From Macrostomum lignano (taxonomy: Eukaryota), in the NCBI GenBank assembly GCA_002269645.1, contig NIVC01000936.1, positions 157,530 through 221,529 of the forward strand: 64,000 bases of DNA. Direction: 5' to 3'. Each line of letters begins with the position of its first letter. The stretch's first letter is position 1. Of this stretch, positions 1 to 12,018 are shown piece after piece. The position numbers and the translations under genes are program-made. Below the pieces are notes generated by a model. That model made no database searches, was not told the DNA's origin, and saw only the letters and a list, made by a program, of their open reading frames with translations.

Positions 1-197
1 ATTCAGCATCCTGATTTTAACATTAAGATGCCGACTTTGGAAAACCAAAGCTAAAATTAAAAGTTTGACACATTCTAGAAGCAAAAACTTTTGTTACTAT
101 GTCTAGAGACTATTTTATCTATTGGGTGGGATCAGGATCCCTTAGCTCTTAATTGCCAACTTGTCTCGCCTTTTTCATGCCACAAACAGCCTCTAAA

Positions 198-467
198 ATG
201 TCTGGCGGTCCAATGGTGTTCCCCTATACCTACCTGGCCAAGGTGAGAAACTTTCCCTGGCGGGCATTCTGGAACGAGAGTCGAATGTTCCGCTTCATGA
301 CTTACACCCTGCCGGTGCCCATCTTCGTGCTGGCCAAGATCCGCAAAGCACTCGACTCCGAGGACAACCGGCGCCAGTGGAAGGAGATCCGCGGCCGGCG
401 CTTGATCAACTTCTTTGATCCGTACGCGATTCCGCCTAATAAGATCCACCTGGATGATCATCATTGA
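198..467 (+). CDS. Small (89 aa) single-exon protein MSGGPMVFPYTYLAKVRNFPW...DDHH; resembles small mitochondrial membrane proteins of the insect roh/CG30415-like type
   Basis: ATG at 198 after an AG-ending pyrimidine tract, GC-rich coding-like composition in AT-rich flanks, MxFPYTxxAKxxxFP motif, central hydrophobic stretch, C-terminal HH, AATAAA near 629. Family assignment is from memory, not from a search. Confidence 0.7.
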   Translation: MSGGPMVFPYTYLAKVRNFPWRAFWNESRMFRFMTYTLPVPIFVLAKIRKALDSEDNRRQWKEIRGRRLINFFDPYAIPPNKIHLDDHH

Positions 468-884
468 GTTGCTCATCCGGCTGTTTTAATGAAGCTTTAC
501 TCTGTCCTGACAGAAGTTAGTAAATTTGATAAGAAACATTAAGTTAAAATTCTAAAGCACCAATATATTTAGCATTAGAAAGAACTTTCTCTCTCTGTAG
601 CAAAAGTGCATCCTTGAGGTCAAGTCCAATAAATTAACAACCTGGCCATCTCTCTGATAGTTTTGTCCAATAAGTTACTAGGAAACAAATATAATCAGTG
701 TGGCATAAAACACAATTGACTCCTGGCCTACACTCTCTAGACTGCTACTTATAACTTTAGCGAAAACTGTTATTGTAAAGTGTTTTGTTATTTCTTTCTT
801 TGTCAGTTCTTTTAACACGAGACATGGGACTGGAGAAAGTTTTTTTCTTTGCAGATAGTAAGGAATGAAAATCAATATTCTCAA

Positions 885-1500
885 ATCAAGGCTCAGTAGT
901 CGTAACTATCGATGAGGCAACAGTTCTGCTCGTACGACTTACTTGACTTAGCTGCAGGGGCAGGGTGGTCCGTAGACACAGCGGGGAGGCGAGGGTCGCC
1001 CATTCCGCTAGCCCCTGAAAGCCCGCAGACAGGCAGAGGCGTGTGGGGCCGGTCAAGGTGGCCCGCCGGTGCGTCCTGCAGCGTGATCTTCCGTGGGGAA
1101 GAAAGTGGCCCGTCTTGTGGCCTGAAGGAGCTGCTGGATGCATGAGCCATGTGGGATGCTGTCGGGCTGGCAGACCTCATCAATGGACTGGTTCGACCCG
1201 AGGTAGCGTAGCCGTAGAAAGGGCAGTGACAAACAAAATGCTGAGCATCTTCGTTGTCGTGCTCGCAGAAAGGGCCAAGTTCACTCTCGAGGTCGCCTCG
1301 TATGAAGCAGTGCCTGGCGAGGTAGCCCATGGCCGGTAAAGGTCGTGACAAGGGCTGGAATATCCTTTTCGATTTGGTTCAAAAGGACGTTCCTGTGCCT
1401 GCGAGAGGGGCGCGGTGCGTGATTACCGGCAGTTCTGGGCGCCCGTCCATCTGTCCCTGTGAAGCTGCTCGTCAAGGACCACTAGGAACACTTCGTTATA
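885..1500 (-). mobile_element. Degenerate 3' fragment of a LOA/I-group non-LTR retrotransposon (post-RNase H region, TGH motif, CCHC knuckle, 3' UTR)
   Basis: Frameshifted translation gives ...RWTGAQNCR*SR...LLNQIEKDIPALVTTFTGH... then ...ESEL(G)PFCEHDNEDAQHFVCHCPF, matching the C-terminal pattern of LINE ORF2. Confidence 0.7.
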
Positions 1501-1945
1501 TAAGGACGTAACACTCTCGATTCGTGTAAAAATAGTTGAAGGCCGATTTCAGTTCTCGTATACATTAGTGAGATAGACGAATTGCATGATTTTCAACATA
1601 ATGTGCTGTTTGCATAAGCCTATGGCTATTGATTTCCGAAATTTTGCAGTATGTAACCAGAAACACTTAGCTAAATTATATTATTTTGTGGTTTTTAGTC
1701 ATATTATTAGGTTATTTACCGTTTTTTTACATTACTTATGACTAGGCTAGGCCTATTACTAAGGACAAATGTTTATCGACTTGGATGGCCGAACCTAGTA
1801 ATAGATACTTTATAGACCTATAGACCTGTTTGATTTCTAGCTAGTCATAACCCTAACTGTCTAACTGCTGCTCGTACGAGAGCTCTCTGGCCAATTTTCG
1901 TTCACAAGCCCCAAAAACAGCAAAAGAAAATAGTAAAACAACGAT

Positions 1946-2227
1946 ATGCCTGACTGGCGGTTAAAATTGGTCGGAGAAAGTACATGTAAGTTTCTATATG
2001 TGCTAGTCAACTAACTTAAGGGGAAGAAAAGAATTGAAGTTTTTGCACGCACTACAGTCTACAGAATCTTTCACAATCACCAGCTGCTTGACAAACTCAT
2101 CGACCTGTGCGGAGTGAAGTACAGACTGTACCTTGACTTTGGCACCTGGACGCCAAGCAGGCAGAAGTGCGAAGCGGAGAATGGCCTGGCCACCATGGCT
2201 GACGTGATTATAGCGTCGAAGAAATGA
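1946..2227 (+). CDS. Possible two-exon orphan gene, 69 aa (MPDWRLKLVGEST/FYRIFHNHQLLDKLIDLCGVKYRLYLDFGTW...ASKK)
   Basis: Exons 1946-1985 and 2058-2227 joined by a 72-nt GTAAGT...CTACAG intron with matching phase 1; no recognisable homology. Confidence 0.4.
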
Positions 2228-2287
2228 ACCATGTCGAGGCGATCTCTTACACGTACGGGGTAAAGACAACATCTTATGGTTATGACC

Positions 2288-2470
2288 CATGAGCTCTGCA
2301 GTGACAACTGAACCTCTTCATCTCATGCTTTGACTCTCATGAGCTTTGCAGTGACAACTGAACCTCTTCATCTCATGCTTTGACTCTCATGAGCTTTGCA
2401 GTGACAACTGAACCTTTTCATCTCATGCTTTGACTCATGAGCTCTGCAGTAAAAACTGAACCTCATCTCA
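2288..2470. repeat. 50-bp tandem repeat, ~3.5 copies
   Basis: CATGAGCTYTGCAGTGACAACTGAACCTCTTCATCTCATGCTTTGACTCT starts at 2288, 2338, 2388 and partially ~2436. Confidence 0.9.
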
Positions 2471-3074
2471 TTCCTCCACTCTCATCCTCTAATCTCTTTA
2501 CACTTACACCCTCCTCCAGCCTTTCACACCCTCCTCCAGCCTCCCACACCCTCTCCAGTCTCTCACACTCTCCTTCATTCTCTTTCAAGAACTGTAATGC
2601 ATTAAATATTACCGCTGCTCAAGGGCTTCCACACCGTACCAAGAATCATAAGCATTAACCACAGCAAGGCAGTGTCTTTTTAACGCGGGCCAAGTAGAAA
2701 GCACAAACCCCGGTAAAACAGCATTCAGGCAGGTCCCTGCCCGTTGGGTCTGGGGCCAGCCTATAGTTTAGTCCACCGCAGTCAAATTTCATGCCTTCCC
2801 CGGGGTCAGTCCCGCCAACTATTCATACTCCACCCTTCCCTCACTCCTCGTACAGCTAATTTAGATTTCTAGGAAAATATGCAGCAGCAGAAGATAGCAA
2901 CTGCGTACTCTACGCGTATGTACATTCTGTCTACAGTCTAGACTGATAAACTACCACGCACGCAGTAAATTGAGGTTTTTCCAGGATATCACTAGCCCCG
3001 TTGAGCCTCTAATTCTATATGGTGATATAAATTTTTTAACTTGGGGAGCCCGGATGACTCGACTGAGTTAGACA

Positions 3075-6000
3075 ATGTCCACCACTGCTGCTTGGAATTT
3101 GCTCTGCCACCGGCTCGGCCGTCAGGGCGAATCTCAGCTGCGCGCCGAGGCCGCCCAGGCGCCGGACGCCACCGACCGGGATGTCCGGCGACGTCTGGCC
3201 GAACTGCTGCCGGACGAGCGGGCCAGGCTGACGCTGCGGCCGGACAGCGGCGACCATGGCCTGACGGGAGCTCACCTGCTGGCCGACCTGGGACTGGCCT
3301 TGACTCTGCAGCAGGTGCTGCAGTCCGTCGCTGACGCCCGCTGTCCGGCTGCCGCTTCCGCCGACGCCAAGGGCCGGACGCCGCTGCATTGGGCGGCCAG
3401 AGCCGGACACTGGCCAGCCTGCAAAGTGCTGCTTGACTCTGGAGGGTGCGGCGATTTGGATTCTAAAAATTTGATTCACTGGCCAACTTATTGTGTGATC
3501 CCTTCTCGTCTCCCTGCCTCTCTTCTCCCCTCCATGCCTCTGTTCTCCCCTCCCCGCCTCTCTTCTCCCCTCCATGCCTCTCTTCTCCCCTCCATGCCTC
3601 TCTTCTCCCCTCCATGCCTCTCTTCTCCCCTCCCCGCCTCTCTTCTCCCCTCCATGCCTCTGTTCTCCCCTCCCCGCCTCTCTTCTCCCCTCCATGCCTC
3701 TCTTCTCCCCTCCATGCCTCTCTTCTCCCCTCCATGCCTCTCTTCTCCCCTCCCCGCCTCTCTTCTCCCCTCCATGCCTCTCTTCTCCCCTCCATGCCTC
3801 TCTTCTCCCCTCCATGCCTCTCTTCTCCCCTCCCCGCCTCTCTTCTCCCCTCCATGCCTCTCTTCTCCCCTCCATGCCTCTCTTCTCCCCTCCATGCCTC
3901 TCTTCTCCCCTCCATGCCTCTCTTCTCCCCTCCATGCCTCTCTTCTCCCCTCCCCGCCTCTCTTCTCCCCTCCATGCCTCTGTTCTCCCCTCCCCGCCTC
4001 TCTTCTCCCCTCCATGCCTCTCTTCTCCCCTCCATGCCTCTCTTCTCCCCTCCATGCCTCTCTTCTCCCTCCCCGCCTCTCTTCTCCCTCCATGCCTCTC
4101 TTCTCCCCTCCATGCCTCTCTTCTCCCCTCCATGCCTCTCTTCTCCCCTCCCCGCCTCTCTTCTCCCCTCCATGCCTCTGTTCTCCCCTCCCCGCCTCTC
4201 TTCTCCCCTCCATGCCTCTCTTCTCCCCTCCATGCCTCTCTTCTCCCCTCCATGCCTCTCTTCTCCCCTCCATGCCTCTCTTCTCCCCTCCATGCCTCTC
4301 TTCTCCCCTCCATGCCTCTCTTCTCCCCTCCATGCCTCTCTTCTCCCTTCCATGCCTCTCTTCTCCCCTCCATGCCTCTCTTCTCCCCCCCATGCCTCTC
4401 TTCTCCCCTCCATGCCTCTCTTCTCCCCTCCATGCCTCTCTTCTCCCCTCCATGCCTCTCTTCTCCCCTCCATGCCTCTCTTCTCCCCTCCATGCCTCTC
4501 TTCTCCCCTCCATGCCTCTCTTCTCCCCTCCATGCCTCTCTTCTCCCCTCCCCGCCTCTCTTCTCCCCTCCATGCCTCTGTTCTCCCCTCCCCGCCTCTC
4601 TTCTCCCCTCCCCGCCTCTCTTCTCCCCTCCATGCCTCTCTTCTCCCCTCCATGCCTCTGTTCTCCCCTCCCCGCCTCTCTTCTCCCCTCCCCGCCTCTC
4701 TTCTCCCCTCCATGCCTCTCTTCTCCCCTCCCTGCCTCTCTTCTCCCCTCCATGCCTCTCTTCTCCCCTCCATGCCTCTCTTCTCCCCTCCATGCCTCTC
4801 TTCTCCCCTCCATGCCTCTCTTCTCCCCTCCATGCCTCTCTTCTCCCCTCCATGCCTCTCTTCTCCCCTCTCCGCCTCTCTTCTCCCCTCCCTGCCTCTC
4901 TTCTCCCCTCCCCGCCTCTCTTCTCCCCTCCATGCCTCTCTTCTCCCCTCCCCGCCTCTCTTCTCCCCTCCCCGCCTCTCTTCTCCACTCCATGCCTCTC
5001 TTCTCCCCTCCCCGCCTCTCTTCTCCCTCCATGCCTCTCTTCTCCCCTCCCTGTCTCTCTTCTCCCCTCCCCGCCTCTCTTCTCCCCTCCCCGCCTCTCT
5101 TCTCCCTCCATGCCTCTCTTCTCCCCTCCCCGCCTCTCTTCTCCCTCCATGCCTCTCTTCTCCCCTCCCCGCCTCTCTTCTCCCTCCATGCCTCTCTTCT
5201 CCCCTCCCCGCCTCTCTTCTCCCTCCATGCCTCTCTTCTCCCCTCCCTATCTCTTTTCTCCCTCCATGCCTCTCTTCTCCCCTCCCTGTCTCTCTTCTCC
5301 CTCCATGCCTCTCTTCTCCCCTCCATGCCTCTCTTCTCCCCTCCCCGCCTCTCTTCTCCCCTCCCTGCCTCTCTTCTCCCCTCCCCGCCTCTCTTCTCCC
5401 CTCCATGCCTCTCTTCTCCCCTCCCTGCCTCTCTTCTCCCCTCCATGCCTCTCTTCTCCCCTCCATGCCTCTCTTCTCCCCTCCATGCCTCTCTTCTCCC
5501 CTCCCCGCCTCTCTTCTCCCCTCCATGCCTCTGTTCTCCCCTCCCCGCCTCTCTTCTCTCCTCCCCGCCTTTCTTCTCCCCTCCATGCCTCTCTTCTCCC
5601 CTCCATGCCTCTCTTCTCCCCTCTCCGCCTCTCTTCTCCCCTCCCTGCCTCTCTTCTCCCCTCCCCGCCTCTCTTCTCCCCTCCATGCCTCTCTTCTCCC
5701 CTCCCCGCCTCTCTTCTCCCCTCCCCGCCTCTCTTCTCCACTCCATGCCTCTCTTCTCCCCTCCCCGCCTCTCTTCTCCCTCCATGCCTCTCTTCTCCCC
5801 TCCCTGTCTCTCTTCTCCCCTCCCCGCCTCTCTTCTCCCCTCCCCGCCTCTCTTCTCCCTCCATGCCTCTCTTCTCCCCTCCCTATCTCTTTTCTCCCTC
5901 CATGCCTCTCTTCTCCCCTCCCCGCCTCTCTTCTCCCTCCATGCCTCTCTTCTCCCCTCCCCGCCTCTCTTCTCCCTCCATGCCTCTCTTCTCCCCTCCC

Positions 6001-9000
6001 TATCTCTTTTCTCCCTCCATGCCTCTCTTCTCCCCTCCCTGTCTCTCTTCTCCCTCCATGCCTCTGTTCTCTCTGACATGAAAGTTGATAAAAAACTTGA
6101 TACCTGAAGTACCAACGAAGGAAAGACTGCTTACACGCAGTACGCACAAAATACACGCAGAAGCAAACTTGCACCCCAGGACCTGCATGACCGCACTGGA
6201 CAGTCGCGGCCGCACACCGCTGGACCTCGCCGTCTCTGGCGGACACGCCGAACTTCTGGAGGCGGCATTCAACCAAAATGACAACTGGCGCCGATTTTTA
6301 TCGCGTCAGCGCGACTTCAAAGGCCGAACGGCGTTGCACGCGGCGTGCCGGGCAAAATCGACTTCTAAGGGCGACGGCGGCGGCGCGCAGGTGCTGGAGC
6401 TGTTGCTGCGCCGGCTGGAGGCGCCGGAGAAGCTGGCGCGGTTCCTCGACGAAGCGCGCGGCTGGCCGGCCGGATTTTACGCCGCCGAACGGGGCGACGT
6501 CGCCTGCCTGCGGCTGCTGGCCAGCCGGCCGGACACGCAGCTGGCCGGGCTGATTCAGCGCGCCGAAGACGGCCGGTCGCTGCTGCACGCGGCGGCTCAG
6601 GGCGGCAGCGTCGAAGCCTTCGAATTCGGCGTCAGCCTCGGTCTCGACCCGTCCTCGTTGGTGACCGACGAAGGCGAGACGCCCGCGCACGACTGCGCCC
6701 GCGTCGGTCACGCCGAGCTGCTGCGCCGCCTTCTTGACGGCGACACCGGCGGCGCTTTAATCGGCGCGGCGGAACGGCGCGGCGGACAGACGCTGCTGCA
6801 CTGCGCGGCTGAGTCGAACAGCTTGGAGGCGGCGCGAGCCCTCATCGAAGCCGGGCACCCGCTCGATGCGCTTGACGACTGGGGCCGCACGCCGGCTGAG
6901 GCGGCTCGAGTTGTTGGAAGCCACGACGTGGCGGAGGCGATCGAGGCGGAGCTGTCCGCCGCGGCTGCGACCCCGGAGCTGCACGCCGCAGTCCTGACCG
7001 AGGCGGCGCCTGACGATCAAGACTGCGACCCGGCAGCTGGCGTGGTTGAAGTTCTGCAGTCTCTTGAAGGTGACGAGCGGCGCCGGCGGCTGTGGCAGCG
7101 CGATGAAGCCGGCCTGACGGCAGCTCACGTGGCGGCTGGAGCCGGCAGTGTCGGCGCTCTGGCGCAGCTTCTGACTGCCGAGCCGCGCCTGCTGCGGGCG
7201 CTGACGCCGCGTCGCGAGACGCTGCTCTACTTGGCTTTGAAATGCGACAAAGACGAGGCGCGTGACGCTACCATTCAGCGGCTGCTTGACTGGGGCGTTC
7301 GGACAGACGTTGCCGACGTGAACGGCATCACGGCGCTGAGACTGGCCGCTCACAAAGGTCTCTCCGGAGCGTTCGATGCGATTTCAACTGCCTGCGGTGG
7401 CCTTCGCGCTGCCTGCAACCGCGAGTGCGTCTTCGACAGCGGCGTCGGCGGCGTCGGGAAGCAGCGAGGCAGCCTCCTGCATCTGGCCGCTGCAGGTGGC
7501 TCGGTGCACATTGTTCAACGCTTGCTCGCTCTGCGCATCCCGGCTTTCGATCCGTTTCTGGCGCGGGATGCCAAGGGCCGCCTTCCGGTGCGTCCGCGTC
7601 TCATGTTTTGCTTTTTTCTGTGCCAAGAAACGTCGGTGTGAGTCAAGACAGAAATTCTAGAATCTCCGGTTCCTTTATTTGGGATAAAATGAGGAATTCG
7701 CGTCAATTTGAGGCTCCAACTGGAATGGCAATTGTCTCCAATGTCGCCTTCTAGTATCGACAGAAAAAGATGCCTCCGATTCTAGCGCTAATTAAAATAT
7801 GAAAGCAAAAAAACCTCCATTCTTCGTAATGTATTTTAAAAACCTGCCTCCCAAATTTTTTTTCCAAGAAACGTACTTTCTATTCTTCTACTTGAGTAGT
7901 CATTGGTGAGCACTCTGTGCCTTTGGGGGAGGGTTTTTCTCAATCAACTGGTCTGACAAATTGCCAATTGCAGTCAGCTCAATGTTAGAATACCTTTCTT
8001 AAAGCACGATAGCCGTTCCTCCGTTTCTACAGGTGCACTGGGCAGCCCGGGCCGGCTCCGCTGATTGCTTGGCCTGTCTTCTGCGCCTGGAAATTGCGGC
8101 GGGTCGCGCGGCACCGCAGCCGCCCAGCCTCCATCATCTGGCGATGCGGAGCGGCTCTGAGCAGGCGGTCGCCGTGCTTGACCGGCTGCGCGTGCCCGCC
8201 CTGCGCTTGGACAGCCGCGGCCGCTCCCTGCTTCACTCGGCAGCGGCCGGTGGCAGCGAGGGCCTCGTCAAACGCCTGCTTGACACGCCAGCAGCGGCGT
8301 TGAAGCAGTCGCTGACCGCTGTGGACAATCGAGGAGCCACGCCGGCTCACGCTGCTGCGGCGGCCGGTCGTGCGGACATCCTTCGACTGCTGTTGGACGG
8401 AGGCGACTGCAGCACCGCGGCGGAGACGCTGCTTCGCGCAGCAGCTCGCGGCGGCTGCCTTGAATCCGTCCGGCTGCTGCTTGACAGAGCGGAGGGTCGC
8501 TTGAGCTTTGATCGTTCTGTGTCCGAAGATGCTGAAGGTGTGTGTTTCTGCAACTGCTTTATGAGTCAGCGTGAGTATGCTAGTCCATTACAAGTACAAG
8601 TTCCACTAATACTCGGTGCACATCAAGTGACAGCAGATCCCTATCAGTGCCAGTTCATCTGCCTCAGCTGCCCGAGCCCACTCAATTTCTTAAGTTCAGT
8701 GCTCAGTTAGGTTTATTTTATTAGGTTAATTTTATCATTGTTTTAGTTTCTTTTACGAGCTAGTTTAGTTCACTTTAGTTTAGTTCACTTTAGTTCAGTT
8801 TAGTTCACTTTAGTTCAGTTTTGTTCAGCTTAGTTTATTTTAGATCAGTTTAGTTCAGATATTCGTGTTAATTTAGTTTAGTTCAGTTCAGTTCAATTTA
8901 GTTCTGAATCTAGTTTAGTTTAGTTTAGTTACTTTACCATTTTTATTTTAGTTTCGTTTCGTTTCGTTTCATTCAGTTTAGTTTAGTTAAGTTTAGTTTA

Positions 9001-11987
9001 GATCAGTTTAGTTCAGATAATCGTGTTTAGTTTAGCTTATTTTTTATTTTCGTTTAGTTTCGTTTAGTTTAGTTTAGTTAAGTTTAGTTAAGTTTAGTTA
9101 AGTTTAGTGTAGTTCAGTTTAGTTTAGCTTAGTTTAGTCTAGTTCAGTTTAGTTCAATTTAGTTCAGAGGATCCCGTTTAGTTTAGTTTAGTTTAGCTTA
9201 TTTTTTAATTTTAGTATAATTCAGTTTAGTTTAGTTCAGTTTTTTACTGGTAGTTTACTTCACTTTAGTTCAGTTCAGTTTCGTTCAGTTTAGTGCAGTT
9301 TATTTATCTGCGAGATGCATCACCGACCCTAGGTGTGAGTATTCTCCAGCACCCGATGCTCCTGATAGAAAAACAAACAAACCAAAAACTGGGTCGCCAA
9401 TAAACTCACTTTAACGAGCTGCTTGCTCATCAAACGCGCAGACGCTCCGCCACTGGAACAGAGCCGATTCCGCGAAACAGCGGCGCACGCAGCCGCCAGA
9501 GCGGGCCAGACGGAGTTGCTGTCCGAGCTGGTGCTCAGTCGAACGGAGCCGCCGCCACCGGGGCTGCTCCACGCGGCTGCGGAAGCTGGCCAGGCCGCCA
9601 CGGTGACTCTGCTGCTGGAGTCCGGCCGCTGCTGCCCGTTCGATAGGGACCCGGCCACTGGTCGGACGGTGGCCCACTGCGCCGCTGCGTCTGGCGACCC
9701 CAGGACACTGAGAGCTGTGCTCGCTTTCGATCAAGACGATGCGATGTCCAAGTCGACTGACTCCGCGGGACGGTCGCTGCTGCACTCGGCAGTGGAGACG
9801 GAGGCGGCCGCTGTGAGCCCCTCAGCCCAGCGCCATCTCGTTGTCCGTCGCCTACTTCGATTGGACGGCAAGGCGGGCCAGCCGCTGACGCAGGATGCGG
9901 ACGGCCGGACGCCGGTGGACCTGGCTGTGCTGTCGGGCGCCGGCCCGGCCTTGGCGGTCCTCCTCGGGGCTCTGGTGACGGAGGGCAAGTCGTCCGAGGT
10001 GCTTTCGGAGGTGCGAGATTTGGAGGTAATTTGGAAGAAATGGTGTGGATACCGTTTTTATTTGGTAGGTTGGGGCGAGAAGCTCGGCGATCAACGCATA
10101 TGACTCTTCCGCAACGATCCCTGATTCGATTCCGTACATCCGGCAACTTACACCTTGCGCCTCTGCGCCTTGGGGGTTGGCCCTCATCCTTGTGAACCCC
10201 TGTCCAATAATCGCGCACAAGCCATAAATAAATGCTCACGGAATTGAACCATGCAGGGGTTTACCGCTCCTCTGCCACCACCAGAACCGCATCATCATCC
10301 CAGCCACCCATCGCACACTGAAGGGTCGCGGCCTGTTGCACTCCGCCTGTCTCACTGGCCGCGCAGACACCGTTCTACAATTGGTTGCTATGGGCTTGAG
10401 CCCTTGGCAACCGGACGCGCACGGCCTGCCGGCGGTATGCTACGCCGCAGCCGCCAAGAGTCCGGACGCTCTGCACGCTCTGCTCAACGCTGGCACGGTC
10501 GGCGGGCTCGGCCTCCTGGCAGCTCGCGTGGCCGAAGACGGCGCCACCCTGGCGCACTTGGCCGCTCACGCCAACCGCCCTGCGGCACTTCGTCTGCTGG
10601 CGGCGGCCGGCCTGCCCGTCCTGACTGCGGTCGATTTCGACGGCTGGAGTCCATTGCAACTGGCGATCGCCGCTGGAGCCTGGGACGCCGCTGAGGCCTT
10701 GGTCGATGAGGCCGCTTCGCAGGTAAAACTTTGCATGCCATTCATTCCACAGAATCTACTGAGAACTTTCAAACTCGAGCACGAGCCTCAAATCACGGAA
10801 TCGAACCCTGGGTAGCTTACCACTTTACTGAGTTCAGCAGTGCCGTTTCGTCACTTTGACAGGTGGAAGCTGCCATCGCGGCCGAGGCAGACCCGACGGT
10901 TGAGTGTCCGGCCGCGGCGCGCCTCCCGGACATGCGGACGCCAGACGGTCGATCGCTGCTTCATCTGGCCGTGGCAGCTGGAAACTCCGGCCTGGTGATC
11001 GGCATTCTCTCCATCGCCCGTCTGTTGAGCCCGCCAGCATCGGGTCAGTCCTCCCCGCCGCTGCATCCGACGCACGTCCCCGATCCGCTGGGCTGGACGC
11101 CGCTGCATGTGGCCCTCTTTGCTGGTCGGGCGAATCTCGCTCGCCTGCTTCTGGACATCAGCCCGGTGACGGCTTTGTCAGTCAGCCGTACCGCTGACGG
11201 CCTGACCTGCCTGCACCTGGCCGTGTCCGGCTGCTGCCTCGGCCATGGCAGCGTGGATGCCATTCAACTGTGCCAGGAGTTCTGGCCCTGGCAGGCGGTC
11301 ACCAGAGACAATGAAGGCGCAATGCCGATTCATTTGGCGTCGGCCTGCGGCTGTGAAGCTGCTGTGAGCGCTTTGCTGAGCACTGGCGGCGTGTTTCAAT
11401 CCGTGCATCTGACTGCTCAAGGCGACTCTCCGCTGCACCTAACCGGCTCGGAGTCTGTGGCCCGCCTGCTGTCCAGCCGGATGCTAATGAAGGACCGAAT
11501 TCAGCGTAATTTAGCCGGACGCACCCCCAGCGAGGAGGCGCGAGCTCGGGGCCGCTCTGAGGCGCTTGTCGAACTGCTACGAGAGCTGGAGCTGGAGGCA
11601 CTGGTGGATGCTGATGGGAAACAACCTGCCAACCAGCCTACCAACCAGCCTGCGAACCAGCCTGCGAACCAGCCTGCCAACCAGCCTGCCAACCAGCCTA
11701 CCAACCAGCCTACCAACCAGCCTACCAACCAGCCTGCCAACCAGCCTGCCAACCAGCCTGCCAACCAGCCTGCCAACCAGCCTGCCAACCAGCCTGCCAA
11801 CCAGCCTACCAACCAGCCTGCCAACCAGCCTGCCAACCAGCCTGCCAACCAGCCTGCCAAAAAAATACCAACCAGCCTGCCAACCAGCCTGCCAACCAGC
11901 CTGCCAGCCAGCCTGCCGACCAGGTCTCTCGATCGCGAATCTCTAGTAGTAGGAGATTACGTTAAAAATAGCTATAACTTATATTGA
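3075..11987 (+). CDS. Large multi-ankyrin-repeat protein, 6 coding exons, ~1458 aa
   Basis: Exons 3075-3445, 6180-7587, 8033-8537, 9442-10010, 10324-10722, 10863-11987; all GT-AG with compatible phases, summing to 4377 nt; many G-R-T-P/A-L-H-x-A-A ankyrin motifs; AATAAA at ~12013. The exon 4/5 boundaries are the least certain. Confidence 0.85.
3501..6075. repeat. 20-bp polypyrimidine minisatellite (CCTCTCTTCTCCCCTCCATG)n filling ankyrin intron 1
   Basis: Direct reading; variants CCCG/CCTG/CTAT and 19-bp units. Confidence 0.97.
8750..9300. repeat. Degenerate pentamer array (TTTAG/TTCAG)n in ankyrin intron 3
   Basis: Direct reading. Confidence 0.9.
11620..11920 (+). repeat. 12-bp tandem repeat (AACCAGCCTGCC/ACC)n inside the last ankyrin ORF, encoding (NQPA/NQPT)n
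   Basis: Direct reading; the ORF stays open through it. Confidence 0.9.
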
Positions 11988-12018
11988 AGTCTCTTTGGGC
12001 ACTGAAAAACTGAATAAA

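Noticed and set aside
3036-6276. 700-1000-aa ORFs in several frames (GEERRG.../SPLHAS...)
   Set aside because: Translations of the stop-free 20-bp intronic minisatellite; phase-compatible splice sites remove it.
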